Below, piece after piece: positions 46,969 through 57,602 of a stretch of 64,000 nt of DNA. A program made the position numbers and the translations under genes. How positions within the stretch are numbered: the stretch's first letter is position 1; each line of letters starts with the position of its first letter. The notes beneath the pieces are model-generated. The model saw only the letters and a program-made list of their open reading frames with translations. It was not told the origin of the DNA and did no database searches. This DNA is from Trueperaceae bacterium (GTDB lineage Bacteria; Deinococcota; Deinococci; Deinococcales; Trueperaceae): NCBI GenBank assembly GCA_034520945.1, contig JAXHNB010000006.1, positions 448,001-512,000 of the forward strand, read 5' to 3'.

Positions 46969-48555
46969 TCAGAATTCGCTCTCACCGCCCCACCGGTCCA
47001 GTACCGCGATCACCAGGGCGGTCAGAATCATGAGCAATAGCGCCATCACCATCGCCGCGGCGTAGTTCTCGGCGCCCGGCCGGGACAGGCGCTGGTAGAT
47101 CGCGACCGGCAGGGTGGCGTGCTCGGGTCGGGCCAGCACCAGGGCCGCGCCGAACTCGCCCAGCGACACCGCCGCCGCGAACCCCGCGCCCGTCGCCAGC
47201 CCCGAGGTCATGGCGGGCAGGTCGATGCGCCACGCCCGCCGCCACGGTCCCGCCCCCGCCGTCGCCGCCGCGGCCGTGCGGGAGGCAGGGATGCCGCGCA
47301 GCGACGGCAGCACCGAGCGAACCACGAACGGCACCGCGATCAGCGCGTGGGCCATGGCCAGGCCCCAGAAGGTGCCGGCCAGGTAGGGCCAGGCCAACAG
47401 GTAGCCCAGCCCCAGCGTCACGGCGCTGGTCGCCAACGGGAGCAGGCTGGCGCGGTCCAGCACCCGCCACCTGCCCCGTACCACCGCGAACGCGAAGGCG
47501 ACGCCCACCACCACCGCCGCACCGCCCCCCATCAGCGCGAACCGCAACGAGTTCCACGCCGCCTGCGTGGCGGTCGTCACGCCCGAGAGTCCGCTGGGGG
47601 TGAAGGCGGCGCGCACGCCCATCAGCGTGAACCCGTCCGCACCGGGCGGCACGAACGCGCGACCCGCCAGGGCCAGCAGCGGCGCGGCCGTCAGCAGGGC
47701 GGGGGGGAGCAGCGCGAGAATCAGCACGACCGCGCCGACGCGGCCCGGTCGCGGCAGCGGCGTCGCGGCGGACAGCGGCACGGCGGCGCGGGCCTGCAGG
47801 GCGGTGTACACCCCACCGACGCTCAACGCCACGGCCAGCTGCACCAGCGCCAGCGTAGCGGCGACGTCCAGGCGCAGCACGCGGCTCAGGTTGCGGTAGA
47901 TCTCGACCTCCAGCGTGTTCCAGCCGCCGCCCGGCGCCAGGATCAGGATCACGCCGAAGGAGGTGAAGCAGAACACGAACACCAGCGCGGCGGCCGCCAG
48001 GATGGCCGGCGCCGCCAGCGGCAGCGTCACGCGGCGCATGGTTCGCCACGGGCCGGCCCCCAGCGTGGCGGCGGCGTCGCGCAGCTTGGGGGCGTTGGCC
48101 TCCAGGAAGCCCCCGACCATCCGCACCACGACGGCGTGGTTGTAGAACACGTGCGCCAACAGGACCAGCGCCAGGGTGTCGCTCAGGTCGAGACCGGCCG
48201 CGCCGCCGGGGCCCAGCCAGGCCAGGAAGCCGGCCCCGGCCACGACGGTGGGCATCACGAACGGCACCGTGAACGCCGCCCGCACCAAGCGCTTGCCGGG
48301 GAAGCGCCAGCGGGCGAACGCCAACGCGCCGGGAATGCCGATCGCGACCGTCAGCAGCGTCGACAGCGTCGCCTGAACGACCGTCAGGCCGAGGCGGGAG
48401 AGGAGGTAGGGGTCGCTGGCGACGGCGCGCAGCGTCGCCCACGGGCCGTCCGCCAGGCCGCGCGCCACCACGGCCACCAGCGGCACCGCCAGCAGCAGCG
48501 CCAGGAACGCCGTGGCCAGCAGACCGGCGACCAGACCGAGCGGCAGGGGCCTCAT
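46969..48555 (-). CDS. thiP: Thiamine/iron-type ABC transporter permease
   Basis: Two EAA-like loops (DAAATLGA, AAAATAGA); PFVMPTVV, LAHVFYN, SLGEFGA. Confidence 0.85.
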   Translation of the reverse strand: MRPLPLGLVAGLLATAFLALLLAVPLVAVVARGLADGPWATLRAVASDPYLLSRLGLTVVQATLSTLLTVAIGIPGALAFARWRFPGKRLVRAAFTVPFVMPTVVAGAGFLAWLGPGGAAGLDLSDTLALVLLAHVFYNHAVVVRMVGGFLEANAPKLRDAAATLGAGPWRTMRRVTLPLAAPAILAAAALVFVFCFTSFGVILILAPGGGWNTLEVEIYRNLSRVLRLDVAATLALVQLAVALSVGGVYTALQARAAVPLSAATPLPRPGRVGAVVLILALLPPALLTAAPLLALAGRAFVPPGADGFTLMGVRAAFTPSGLSGVTTATQAAWNSLRFALMGGGAAVVVGVAFAFAVVRGRWRVLDRASLLPLATSAVTLGLGYLLAWPYLAGTFWGLAMAHALIAVPFVVRSVLPSLRGIPASRTAAAATAGAGPWRRAWRIDLPAMTSGLATGAGFAAAVSLGEFGAALVLARPEHATLPVAIYQRLSRPGAENYAAAMVMALLLMILTALVIAVLDRWGGESEF

Positions 48556-48905
48556 GGCGACCCCGGGCGGCGCCGCCACGCCCGGCGTGTCAGGTGCGGC
48601 GACGTGCCGGGTTGCGGCAAGCGATCATGCCGTGCAGGACGCATGCCCCCGCGTTGCCGCCACCTTAGGTATCCCGGGGGGTTCCCAACCATGGGCGCGG
48701 CGGGGTAGAAGGGGCGTCGGCATGATACGGCCACGTCACCCCCTCGTCAGTTGGATCCGTCGCCGGTTCGGCCGGCCTCGCGCCAGACGGTCCGTTCGCG
48801 GCCCCGTCGCCTCCATCCGAGAGGAACGTGCCACCCTCGCCCGCTGGGCGCGCCGCTCCGAAGAGCGTGCCTCCTGAGGACCTGCGTCCAAGCGCCCTCG
48901 CTCCC

Positions 48906-49997
48906 TCACCGCACCTGCTCCGGGCTGCGGCCCCTGCGTACCACCTCGGTCCACTGATCCAACCAGCGTTCCTGCTCCCGTTCGATCCGTTCGGCCGGGA
49001 GATCGGCGGTCTGCGCTTCGCTGGGCATGGTGGCGAAGCGATCGTAGGCGTCCGGGAGCGCCACGTCCTCCCGGACGGGGTAGACGAACATCGAGGTGGG
49101 GACCGCCTCCTGCACCTCCTCCGAGATCAGGAAGTCGATCACGCGTTCGGCGTCCTCGGGGCGGCCTGACCCGGCCAGGATGCCGGCCGCCTCGATCTGA
49201 CGCCAGGCGCACGCTTCGCACGTCAGGTTCAGGGTGAGCGGCGCCTCGGGCGGTTCGTCGGCGAAGATCGCTTCGGCGGCGGGGCTGGTGGCGTAGGACA
49301 GCACGATGGGACGGTCGCCGCCGTAGCGGGTGAAGGCCGTGTAGTACGCGTCGGACCAGCCGGAGGTCACCTGCACGTCCGCGTCGCGCAGGTCGGCCCA
49401 GTAGTCCAGCCAGTCGTACGACCCGCCCTCGCCGAAACGGGCGACCGTGGTGAGGAGGAACGCCAGGCCAGGGCTGCTGGTGGCGGGGTCCGGCACGACG
49501 GTGGCGCCGTGGTAGGGCCCCTGCACCAAGTCGGTCAGGTCCTCCGGCAGGGGCAGGCCGCGCTCCTCCAGGGCCGCGGGATCCAGGTTGAAGTTGACGT
49601 ACCCCACCGTGACCGGCGTGAGCAGGTCGCCGGCGAAGCGCAGTTCGTCCCGCACCGCCAAGATCCCCTCCGCGCGGTAGGGCGTGAACAGGTCGCGGGC
49701 GCCCTCGCGGGCGATCAGCGCGTCGTCGATGCCGAACAGCGCGTCGGCGATGGGGCGCGCCCGCGTCAACAGGGCCCGGTTCACCATCTCGCCAGCGTCG
49801 CCGCCGGAGAGGACGCGCAGCTCCAGGCCGGTGTCGTCTTCGAAGCGTTCGATCGCCTCGTCCGGCAGCGAGAACGAATCGTGCGTCAGCAGGGTGACGG
49901 GCTGCGCATGCGTCAGGGCCGTCACCGCCAGAACGGCCCAGAACAGCAGCACCGCGAACCCGAGCCGCCGGATACGAATCATCTGTCTGTGGGTCAT
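48906..49997 (-). CDS. thiB: Thiamine ABC transporter substrate-binding protein
   Basis: LLTHDSF, GDAGEM, DPATSSPGLAFL, GWSDAYY, VLSYATSPAAE; preceded by a TPP riboswitch. Confidence 0.92.
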   Translation of the reverse strand: MTHRQMIRIRRLGFAVLLFWAVLAVTALTHAQPVTLLTHDSFSLPDEAIERFEDDTGLELRVLSGGDAGEMVNRALLTRARPIADALFGIDDALIAREGARDLFTPYRAEGILAVRDELRFAGDLLTPVTVGYVNFNLDPAALEERGLPLPEDLTDLVQGPYHGATVVPDPATSSPGLAFLLTTVARFGEGGSYDWLDYWADLRDADVQVTSGWSDAYYTAFTRYGGDRPIVLSYATSPAAEAIFADEPPEAPLTLNLTCEACAWRQIEAAGILAGSGRPEDAERVIDFLISEEVQEAVPTSMFVYPVREDVALPDAYDRFATMPSEAQTADLPAERIEREQERWLDQWTEVVRRGRSPEQVR

Positions 49998-50031
49998 GAG
50001 GGGTCCCTTCCGTCACCAGGGAAGGGGATCG

Positions 50032-50114
50032 GTCACGCTTCCTACGCCCGTACGAACGGGGTCAGGTTCGAGGGTGTGATCTCAGCCCGGACGTTCCGGG
50101 CACCCCTGGCGACG
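50032..50114 (-). promoter_or_regulatory. TPP riboswitch
   Basis: Minus strand AGGGGTGC...GCTGAGATCACACCCTCGAACCTGA...GCGTAGGAAG; downstream CCCTTCC pairs with the GGAAGGG SD of thiB. Confidence 0.93.
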
Positions 50115-50172
50115 AGATCATGATATCACGCCCCGTGGATGCCCGGCGCGGTGGGCGCACCCCGCACCGCCC

Positions 50173-51399
50173 TCAGTCGCCGTGCGCCGGTCGCGGGTGG
50201 GGCCGCGTCCGCTGGAGGCCGGTCGCGATCAAGATGGTGACGCCGAACAAGGCGGCTGCGCTGAGGAACACGGCGCGGTAGCCGGTCTCCCCGCCGCCCA
50301 GCAGGGCCGCCAGCCCGACCCCGACCAGGGGCGCGACGGCGCGACTGGCCGCGATGACGGCGTTGTCGAGCCCGAAGGCCGAACCCACCTCGGTCTGTTC
50401 GGTCACCACGTTCAGCAGGGCGGACAGCGACGGCATCACGCCGCCGATCGCGACGCCCGCCATCCCGTTCAGGAGCAGCAGCTGCCAGCCGGTCTCCACG
50501 AACGCCATCGGCAGGTAGCAGGCCGCCGCCACCGCCGACGAGCCGATCAGGACGGCCCGGTGACCGATCCGGTCGCCCAGGTTGCCCAGCGCGATGGCGG
50601 AGAGGGTGCTGGTGGCGGCCGCGATGCCGATCACCAGGCCGGTGAAGGTGCTGGTGCGGGCGCCTTCGGACAGCAGGAACGGCACGAACAGGGGAAGGAT
50701 GGGCACCATCACGCCCCGCCCCAGCCAGGCGGAGAAGCGGGCCGCGAAGGTGCGGCCCACGCCCGGCGTGCGCAGGATGTGCGACCAGTCGCGGGCCATG
50801 CCGGACAGCCGCCGCGCCTGGGCGGGCGGCGTGAACGACTCTTTGACGCCGAACTGCACCAGCACCCCGCCCAGCAAGAGCAGCCCCGCCGTGATCACGA
50901 AGGCGGCGCGGTACCCCACCGTGTCCGCCAGTACGCCGCCCAGGACGGGGCCGAGGGCCACGCCGCTGGTCAGGGCGGTCTGCAGCGCGCCCAGCGCGAA
51001 GCCGGAGCGTTCCCGCGGCGCGACCGAGGCCACCAGCGCATTGCCTGCCGACACCACGCCGGTCAGCACGCCCTGCACCGCGCGCATGAGCACCAGCTGT
51101 TCGGCGTTCTGGGCGTACGCCATCAGCAGGATGATGGCCGCGCCCCCCAAAAGCGCGCGCTGCACCATCGGCTTTCGGCCGACCCGGTCGGCGACCGCGC
51201 CCCATACCGGCGAGGCCAGCATCATCGTGATCGCCTGGGCGCTGAACACCGCCCCCGCCAGGAACACCAGGTCCAGGTTCCACGCGCTGCCGAGGGATTC
51301 GACGTAGTTGGGCAGGAACGGGAAGATCATCGAGAAGCCGATCGCCGACAGCATCTGCGCGACGAACATGATCACGAGGATGCGTTTCCAGTCGTTCAT
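50173..51399 (-). CDS. MFS transporter (DHA1/MdtG-like)
   Basis: Motif A WGAVADRVGRKPM and GNLGDRIGHR; about 12 TM segments. Confidence 0.9.
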   Translation of the reverse strand: MNDWKRILVIMFVAQMLSAIGFSMIFPFLPNYVESLGSAWNLDLVFLAGAVFSAQAITMMLASPVWGAVADRVGRKPMVQRALLGGAAIILLMAYAQNAEQLVLMRAVQGVLTGVVSAGNALVASVAPRERSGFALGALQTALTSGVALGPVLGGVLADTVGYRAAFVITAGLLLLGGVLVQFGVKESFTPPAQARRLSGMARDWSHILRTPGVGRTFAARFSAWLGRGVMVPILPLFVPFLLSEGARTSTFTGLVIGIAAATSTLSAIALGNLGDRIGHRAVLIGSSAVAAACYLPMAFVETGWQLLLLNGMAGVAIGGVMPSLSALLNVVTEQTEVGSAFGLDNAVIAASRAVAPLVGVGLAALLGGGETGYRAVFLSAAALFGVTILIATGLQRTRPHPRPAHGD

Positions 51400-51527
51400 G
51401 GCTCCTCTCACGCCCCTACGCGCATCTGCGCCGGGCGGGGCCGGCGCGAACGGCCCGCACCATACGCCCGTCCAGCTGGGACGTTCGGTCGTGGCGGGCA
51501 CAGCACGCACGCGCTACGGTGGGAGGC

Positions 51528-53690
51528 ATGTCATCCCCTCACGTATTCTTCGTGGCCCCCGTCGGTCCGGGCGCCGGGCTGACCTCGGTATGCCTGGGGC
51601 TGGTCCGGGCGTTGGATCGCAAGGGCCTGCGGGTCGGGTTCTTCAAGCCCGTGCGTCAACCGGGGCAGGACGAGGGACCGGAGCGCTCCACGCACTTCGT
51701 GCGAAAGACCAGCGACATCGATCCCATCGAACCGTTCTCGTGGGCGTGGTCGGAGGGGTTGCTGTCGGCCGGCAAGGACGACGAGCTGTTGCAGGCGATC
51801 GTCGGGCGGGCGCAGGACGAGGTGCTTGGCGGTGATCACGACGTGCTTGTCGTGGAGGGGTTGGTCGCGACGGCGGACCACCCGGAGCTGGACACGTTGA
51901 ACGAGCGCGTCGCGGCCGCCTTCGATGCGGAGGTGATCCTGGTCGGCGCCCCGCCGCGCGGCTCGTTGGAGGCCCTGTCCGAGCGGCTGGAGACGGTGGC
52001 GCACCACTTCGGCGGGCCCGACGACCGGCGCGTGCTGGGCGCGATCGTGAACAAGCTGGACGCGCCCACCCAGGAGGTGACCACCGCCACGCGCACCGAC
52101 CGGGTGCGGCCCGGCACGCCGCGCGACGCGGCCTCGCTGGCGGAGCACATGCGCGTGCTGCGCGAGGACTCGTTTCACCTGATCGGCGCCGTCCCGTGGC
52201 GGCAGGCCTGGGTGTCCCCCCGCACGCTGGACGTGGCCCGGCAGTTGGACGCCCGCGTCCTGAACGAGGGCGAGCTGGCGCGCCGGCGGGTCGAGGACGT
52301 CTCGGTGGTGGCCCGCACGGTCGCGAACATGACGCACCGCTTGCGTCCCGGCGCGCTGCTGATCACGCCGGGCGACCGCGACGACGTCATCCTGGCCGTG
52401 TCGATGGCGACCGCGAACGGCGTTCCGCTGGCGGGCCTGGTGCTGACCGGGGGGATCGAGCCGGACCCGCGGATCGTGAAGCTGTGCGAACGCGCCCTGC
52501 ACGGCGACCTTCCGGTGTTGTTGGTCGAGGCGGACAGCTTCGTCAGCGCAGCGCAGGCGGCCGCCATCAACCTGGAGGTCCCCCCGGACGACGTCGGGCG
52601 GATGGAGCGGGTCATGGACGAGGTGGCGTCGTTCCTGGACGCCGACTTCCTGGCCGAGCGTTGCGCGACGGAGCGGGAGCCGCGCCTGTCCCCGCCCGCG
52701 TTCATGTACCGCCTGGTCACCCGCGCCCGCGCCGCCGACAAGCGGATCGTCCTGCCCGAAGGGGAGGAGCCGCGCACGGTGCGGGCGGCGGTGACCTGCC
52801 ACGAGCGCGGCATCGCGCGCTGTGTGCTGTTGGGCGCCCCGGAGGAGGTGCGGCGCGTTGCCGACGCGCACGAGCTCGCCCTTCCCGACGCGTTGGAGGT
52901 GGTGCGTCCCAACGAAGAGCTGCGGAACCGGTACGTGACGCGCCTGGTGGAGCTCCGAGAGCACAAGGGCATGACCGAGCCGATCGCCTGCCAGCATCTG
53001 CAGAACCCCGTCGTGCTGGGCACGATGATGCTGGCGTGCGGCGACGTGGACGGCCTGGTGTCGGGGGCGGTGCACACCACGGCCGAGACCGTGCGTCCAG
53101 CGCTGCAGCTGATCAAGACCCGCAGTGATGCCAAGCTGATCAGCTCGATCTTCTTCATGTGCCTTCCCAACCAGGTGCTGATCTACGGGGATTGCGCCAT
53201 CAACCTCGACCCGAACGCCGAGGAGCTGGCCGACATCGCGATCCAGTCGGCCGCGTCGGCGCGGCTGTTCGGCATCGAGCCGCGGGTGGCGATGATCAGC
53301 TACTCGACCGGAAGTTCCGGTGAGGGCAGCGAGGTGGAGAAGGTGCGCGAGGCGACCCGCCTCGCGAAGAGGCTGCGACCCGACCTGGTGATCGACGGGC
53401 CGCTGCAGTACGACGCCGCCTCGGTGGCGTCGGTGGCCGCGTCGAAGGCGCCGGACAGTCCGGTGGCGGGGCGGGCGACGGTGCTGATCTTCCCGGACCT
53501 GAACACCGGCAACACCACCTACAAGGCGGTGCAGCGCAGCGCGCAGGTGGTGTCGGTCGGCCCGATGCTGCAGGGCCTGCGGCGTCCGGTGAACGACCTG
53601 TCGCGCGGGGCGCTGGTGGACGACATCGTGTACACCATCGCGCTGACGGCCATTCAGGCCGAGCAGGCCGAGCAGGCCGTGCCGGCCTGA
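51528..53690 (+). CDS. pta: Phosphate acetyltransferase (long form with DRTGG domain)
   Basis: GFFKP, ITPGDRDD, RIVLPEG, DGPLQYDAA, GNTTYKAVQR, PVNDLSRG. Confidence 0.96.
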   Translation: MSSPHVFFVAPVGPGAGLTSVCLGLVRALDRKGLRVGFFKPVRQPGQDEGPERSTHFVRKTSDIDPIEPFSWAWSEGLLSAGKDDELLQAIVGRAQDEVLGGDHDVLVVEGLVATADHPELDTLNERVAAAFDAEVILVGAPPRGSLEALSERLETVAHHFGGPDDRRVLGAIVNKLDAPTQEVTTATRTDRVRPGTPRDAASLAEHMRVLREDSFHLIGAVPWRQAWVSPRTLDVARQLDARVLNEGELARRRVEDVSVVARTVANMTHRLRPGALLITPGDRDDVILAVSMATANGVPLAGLVLTGGIEPDPRIVKLCERALHGDLPVLLVEADSFVSAAQAAAINLEVPPDDVGRMERVMDEVASFLDADFLAERCATEREPRLSPPAFMYRLVTRARAADKRIVLPEGEEPRTVRAAVTCHERGIARCVLLGAPEEVRRVADAHELALPDALEVVRPNEELRNRYVTRLVELREHKGMTEPIACQHLQNPVVLGTMMLACGDVDGLVSGAVHTTAETVRPALQLIKTRSDAKLISSIFFMCLPNQVLIYGDCAINLDPNAEELADIAIQSAASARLFGIEPRVAMISYSTGSSGEGSEVEKVREATRLAKRLRPDLVIDGPLQYDAASVASVAASKAPDSPVAGRATVLIFPDLNTGNTTYKAVQRSAQVVSVGPMLQGLRRPVNDLSRGALVDDIVYTIALTAIQAEQAEQAVPA

Positions 53691-53751
53691 GCCGCGCCCG
53701 CGTCCGCGCAGAGGCCCGCGCGGCGCCGGCCCAGGCGTATACTGTCGCCTC

Positions 53752-56097
53752 GTGGACACGGATGCCGCGTTGTTGGACAAGCTCGCGTTCGGCCGCGTCC
53801 GGGCCGCGCTGCGGGACCGGGCGGCCACGCAGTTGGGGGCCGAGCGGGCCGAACGACTCGTGCCGCTCGGCACGCGTGAGGAGGCCGAGGTCCGCCTGGC
53901 GCGCGTGCGCGAGGTCCGCAGCGGCGAGGAGCTGCCCCTCGGCGGCATCGAGGACGTGCGGCCCCTGCTGGAGCGGGCTCGCTCGGGACGCATGCTGGAG
54001 GGTCGCGAGATCCTGTCCTTGGCGTACACGCTGGACGGCGCGTCGCGCCTTCGCCGCACGGTGGTGGAGGGCGACCGGCCCGCCCTGGCCGAGCTGGCCG
54101 CCCGCATGGGCGCCTTCGACGGCTGGCTGCGGTTGGTGCGCGAGCAGTTGGACGGCGAGGGGGAGGTGCGGGACGACGCCACCCCCAAGCTTCGCGAGAT
54201 CCGGCGGCGCCTGAAGCCGCTTCGGGGGCGGATTCGCGACAAGATGCACAAGCTGCTCGAGCAGTACGCCGACGCGGTGCAGGATCCGATCATTACGCTG
54301 CGCCGCGACCGGTACGTGATCCCGATCCAGGCGTCGGCCCAGGCGCGGGTGCCCGGGATCGCGCTGGACAGCAGCGACTCGGGCCGGACGGTGTTCGTGG
54401 AGCCGCAGTCGGTGGTGGCGATGAACAACGAGTTGGCGCTGCTGATCTTCGAGGAGCGCGACGAGGTGCGGCGCATCCTGTTGGAGCTGGGTCGTCAGAT
54501 CGCCGGCACGGATGGCGTGGACGAGACGCTCGAGATCGTGGCGCTGCTGGACCTCGCCAACGCCTCCGCCCGCTTGGCCGAGGATTGGGGCCTCGTCGAG
54601 GCGGTGCCTGGCGAGCAGGACGGCGACGTGCGCTTGCCGGACGCCCGGCACCCGTTGATCGAGGACTGCGTGCCGAACGACCTGGACTTGGGCCTCGAAC
54701 GCCGGCTCCTGGTGGTGACCGGTCCCAACGCGGGCGGCAAGACGGTGTTGTTGAAGACGTTGGGGTTGGCGGTGACGATGGCGCAATCGGGCCTGTTCGT
54801 GGCGGCGGGCCGGCCGGAGGAACCGCCGCGCTTGCCCTGGTTCGATGACGTGCTGGTCGACATCGGTGACGAACAGTCGATCGAGGCGTCGCTGTCCACC
54901 TACGCGGGGCACCTCGTCAACCTGAGCCGGATCGTGCGTCAGGCGCATCCGGGCACGCTGGTGCTGATCGACGAGTTGGGCTCGGGGACCGACCCCGAGG
55001 AGGGGGCGGCGCTGTCGCAGGCGATCCTGGAGGCGGTCCTGGAGACCGGCGCGCGGGGGCTGGTGACGACGCACCTTGCGCCGCTCAAGGTGTTCGCGTC
55101 GGACACGCCCGGCATTCGGAACGCCGCGATGCGATTCGACGTGGACGCGCTGGCGCCCACCTTCGACATGGTGGTGGGTCAACCGGGCCGCAGCTACGCC
55201 CTGGCGATCGCGGAGCGCCTGGGGCTGCCCGCCCCGGTCCTGACGCGGGCCGGCGACGTGCTGGGGCCCGAGGGCGAGCGGCTGGAACGGCTCCTGGAGA
55301 CGTTGGAGGCGCAACGCGACGCGTTGAACGAGCGCGTGCGGGAGGCCGAGGCCAGCCGCGACGAGGCGCAGGACGAGGCGGCCCGCCTCCGTGACGAGGT
55401 CGCGCGCATGCGGGAGCACGAAGAGGCGTTGATGGCCGACGCGTCGGCCCGGGCCGAGGAGCGATTGCAGGCCACGCTGCAACGCGCGACGCGGCTGGAG
55501 CGCACCGCGCGCTCGGGACCTTCCGAGGGCCGATCGGAGGCGCTGGACGAGATCCGGCGCATGCGCGAGGAGGCGCGTCGGGACGCGCATCGCCCCGCGA
55601 AGCGACGCGCGGCGCAGGCCGCGCCGGACGGCCAGGCCGAGGCCCCGCCCCGCCTGGCGCCGGGCGTACGGGTGTACGTGCCCGAGTACGAGGCGTCGGG
55701 TCCGGTTCACGAGGTGCGAGGCGATGTGGTGCTGGTGCAGCTCGGGCTGTTGCGCGTCGAGGTGCCGGCGCAGGAGGTGCGCATCGAGGAGGCCGCCCGC
55801 GAACGCGCCTCCGTCCGACACGAGCCGGTCACGCCCGCGTTCGGAGCGACCTTCGACGACGAACTGAACCTCCGCGGCGAGCGGGCCGAGCAGGCGGTCG
55901 AGAAGGTGCGTGATTTCGTGCTGGAGGCCGGCGCCATGAAGGTGGGCAAGGTGCGGATCCTGCACGGCAAGGGGACGGGGGCGTTGCGGGACGCGGTGCG
56001 GAACTACCTCAAGAACGAGCCGCGCGTGGAGCGGTTCGAGGACGCGGTTCCCTACGAAGGCGGTCACGGCGTGACGGTCGCCTACCTGCGGTCGTGA
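53752..56097 (+). CDS. mutS2: Endonuclease MutS2
   Basis: TGPNAGGKT, DEQSIEASLST, DELGSGTDP, Smr domain ILHGKGTGALR; TATACT 8 nt before GTG. Confidence 0.95.
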   Translation: MDTDAALLDKLAFGRVRAALRDRAATQLGAERAERLVPLGTREEAEVRLARVREVRSGEELPLGGIEDVRPLLERARSGRMLEGREILSLAYTLDGASRLRRTVVEGDRPALAELAARMGAFDGWLRLVREQLDGEGEVRDDATPKLREIRRRLKPLRGRIRDKMHKLLEQYADAVQDPIITLRRDRYVIPIQASAQARVPGIALDSSDSGRTVFVEPQSVVAMNNELALLIFEERDEVRRILLELGRQIAGTDGVDETLEIVALLDLANASARLAEDWGLVEAVPGEQDGDVRLPDARHPLIEDCVPNDLDLGLERRLLVVTGPNAGGKTVLLKTLGLAVTMAQSGLFVAAGRPEEPPRLPWFDDVLVDIGDEQSIEASLSTYAGHLVNLSRIVRQAHPGTLVLIDELGSGTDPEEGAALSQAILEAVLETGARGLVTTHLAPLKVFASDTPGIRNAAMRFDVDALAPTFDMVVGQPGRSYALAIAERLGLPAPVLTRAGDVLGPEGERLERLLETLEAQRDALNERVREAEASRDEAQDEAARLRDEVARMREHEEALMADASARAEERLQATLQRATRLERTARSGPSEGRSEALDEIRRMREEARRDAHRPAKRRAAQAAPDGQAEAPPRLAPGVRVYVPEYEASGPVHEVRGDVVLVQLGLLRVEVPAQEVRIEEAARERASVRHEPVTPAFGATFDDELNLRGERAEQAVEKVRDFVLEAGAMKVGKVRILHGKGTGALRDAVRNYLKNEPRVERFEDAVPYEGGHGVTVAYLRS

Positions 56098-56107
56098 GGG
56101 CGGCGTG

Positions 56108-56788
56108 ATGGGGCGCGCGGCGGGACGGACCGCTCAGCGACGCGCGATCGTGTTCGACCTGGACGGCACGCTGATCGACAGCCTTCCCGACATCGTCGCG
56201 AGCTTCCAGGACGCCTTCGACGCCTGCGGGGTGCGCGCGCCCGACGAGGGGGCGGTGCGGGCCTTGATCGGGCGTCCGCTCGAGGAGATGTACGGCACCT
56301 TCAGCACCGATCCGGCCGAGGTGGCGGCGTTGTCGGCCGCCTACCGGCGGATCTACCCTCGACGCTTCGCCGAGCGGACGCGTCCGTTCCCCGGCGTGCC
56401 CGAGGTGCTTGCGGCGCTGCGCGGGCGGGGTTGGTTGCTGGCGGTCGCCACCACGAAGCGGACGGAGATGGCCACGCGCTTGGTGGCGGCGCTCGGGATG
56501 GAGGCGCAGCTGGATCACGTGCAGGGCACCGACGGGTTCCCGCACAAGCCGGCACCGGACGTGGTGCAGCGGGCCTTGGCCGTCCTGGGGGCGGAGGGGG
56601 CGTGGATGGTGGGGGACACCGTCTCGGACCTGGAGGCGGGCCGGGCGGCCGGGTTGCGCACCTTCGGCGTGACCTGGGGCACGCAGGCGCGGGCCCGCCT
56701 GGCCGAGGCGGATCCCGACGCCTTGGAGGACGACCTGGACCGGTTGCCGGCCTGGGTGGGCCACCCCGATGGAGCCGCCCTCGGCTGA
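56108..56788 (+). CDS. HAD family phosphatase
   Basis: FDLDGTLIDS, ATTK, KPAP, MVGDTVSD. Confidence 0.9.
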   Translation: MGRAAGRTAQRRAIVFDLDGTLIDSLPDIVASFQDAFDACGVRAPDEGAVRALIGRPLEEMYGTFSTDPAEVAALSAAYRRIYPRRFAERTRPFPGVPEVLAALRGRGWLLAVATTKRTEMATRLVAALGMEAQLDHVQGTDGFPHKPAPDVVQRALAVLGAEGAWMVGDTVSDLEAGRAAGLRTFGVTWGTQARARLAEADPDALEDDLDRLPAWVGHPDGAALG

Positions 56789-56872
56789 GCGCGGGGCGCC
56801 GCCCGGGGCGGTCGCCCGCTGCGCACGACGCACGCGAGGGGGTGCCCTCCGGCAGGCGCGGTAGCATCCCCC

Positions 56873-57559
56873 ATGGACAAAGACGAGATTTCCTACGTCA
56901 TCGACGCGCTGGCCGAGGACTCCTGGCGCATGTTCCGCATCATGGGCGAGTTCGTGCAGGGGTTCGAGGAGATGGCCGACGTCGGCAAGGCGGTGACCAT
57001 CTTCGGCTCCGCCAGGCTTTCGGCGGGCGACCCGGTGTACGACAAGGCCGAGGTGCTGGCGGCCGACCTGGCGGCGTGCGGCTACACGGTGCTCACCGGC
57101 GGCGGCCCGGGGATCATGGAGGCCGGCAACAAGGGGGCCTACCAGGCGGGGGGCCGTTCGGTAGGCCTGAACATCAGCCTGCCGCACGAGCAGTCGCCGA
57201 ACGGCTACCAGACCGACAGCCTGGGGTTCAAGTACTTCTTCGTCCGCAAGGTGATGCTGGTGAAGTACTCGACGGCGTTCGTGGTGTTCCCGGGCGGCTT
57301 CGGCACCATCGACGAGCTGTTCGAGGCGCTGACGTTGATCCAGACCAAGACCATCAAGCCGTTCCCGGTGTACCTGATCGGCGTGGACTTCTGGCAGGGC
57401 CTGGTGCAGTGGCTTCAGGGCACCCTGGTACGCAAGGGCACCATCTCGGACCGTGACCTGAACCTGTTCAAGATCGTCGACGACGTGTCCACCATTCCGG
57501 GCGAGATCGACGCCTACTACGAGAGCGCGTCGCGGGGTGGGTTCGACCTGCCGGGCTGA
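56873..57559 (+). CDS. LOG family (TIGR00730) nucleotide phosphoribohydrolase
   Basis: IFGSAR, TGGGPGIMEA, YFFVRK, PGGFGTIDELFE. Confidence 0.92.
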   Translation: MDKDEISYVIDALAEDSWRMFRIMGEFVQGFEEMADVGKAVTIFGSARLSAGDPVYDKAEVLAADLAACGYTVLTGGGPGIMEAGNKGAYQAGGRSVGLNISLPHEQSPNGYQTDSLGFKYFFVRKVMLVKYSTAFVVFPGGFGTIDELFEALTLIQTKTIKPFPVYLIGVDFWQGLVQWLQGTLVRKGTISDRDLNLFKIVDDVSTIPGEIDAYYESASRGGFDLPG

Positions 57560-57602
57560 GGGGGGATCTCATCGGACGCAGCGCTTCCGCGTGGCGCCAG
57601 AA

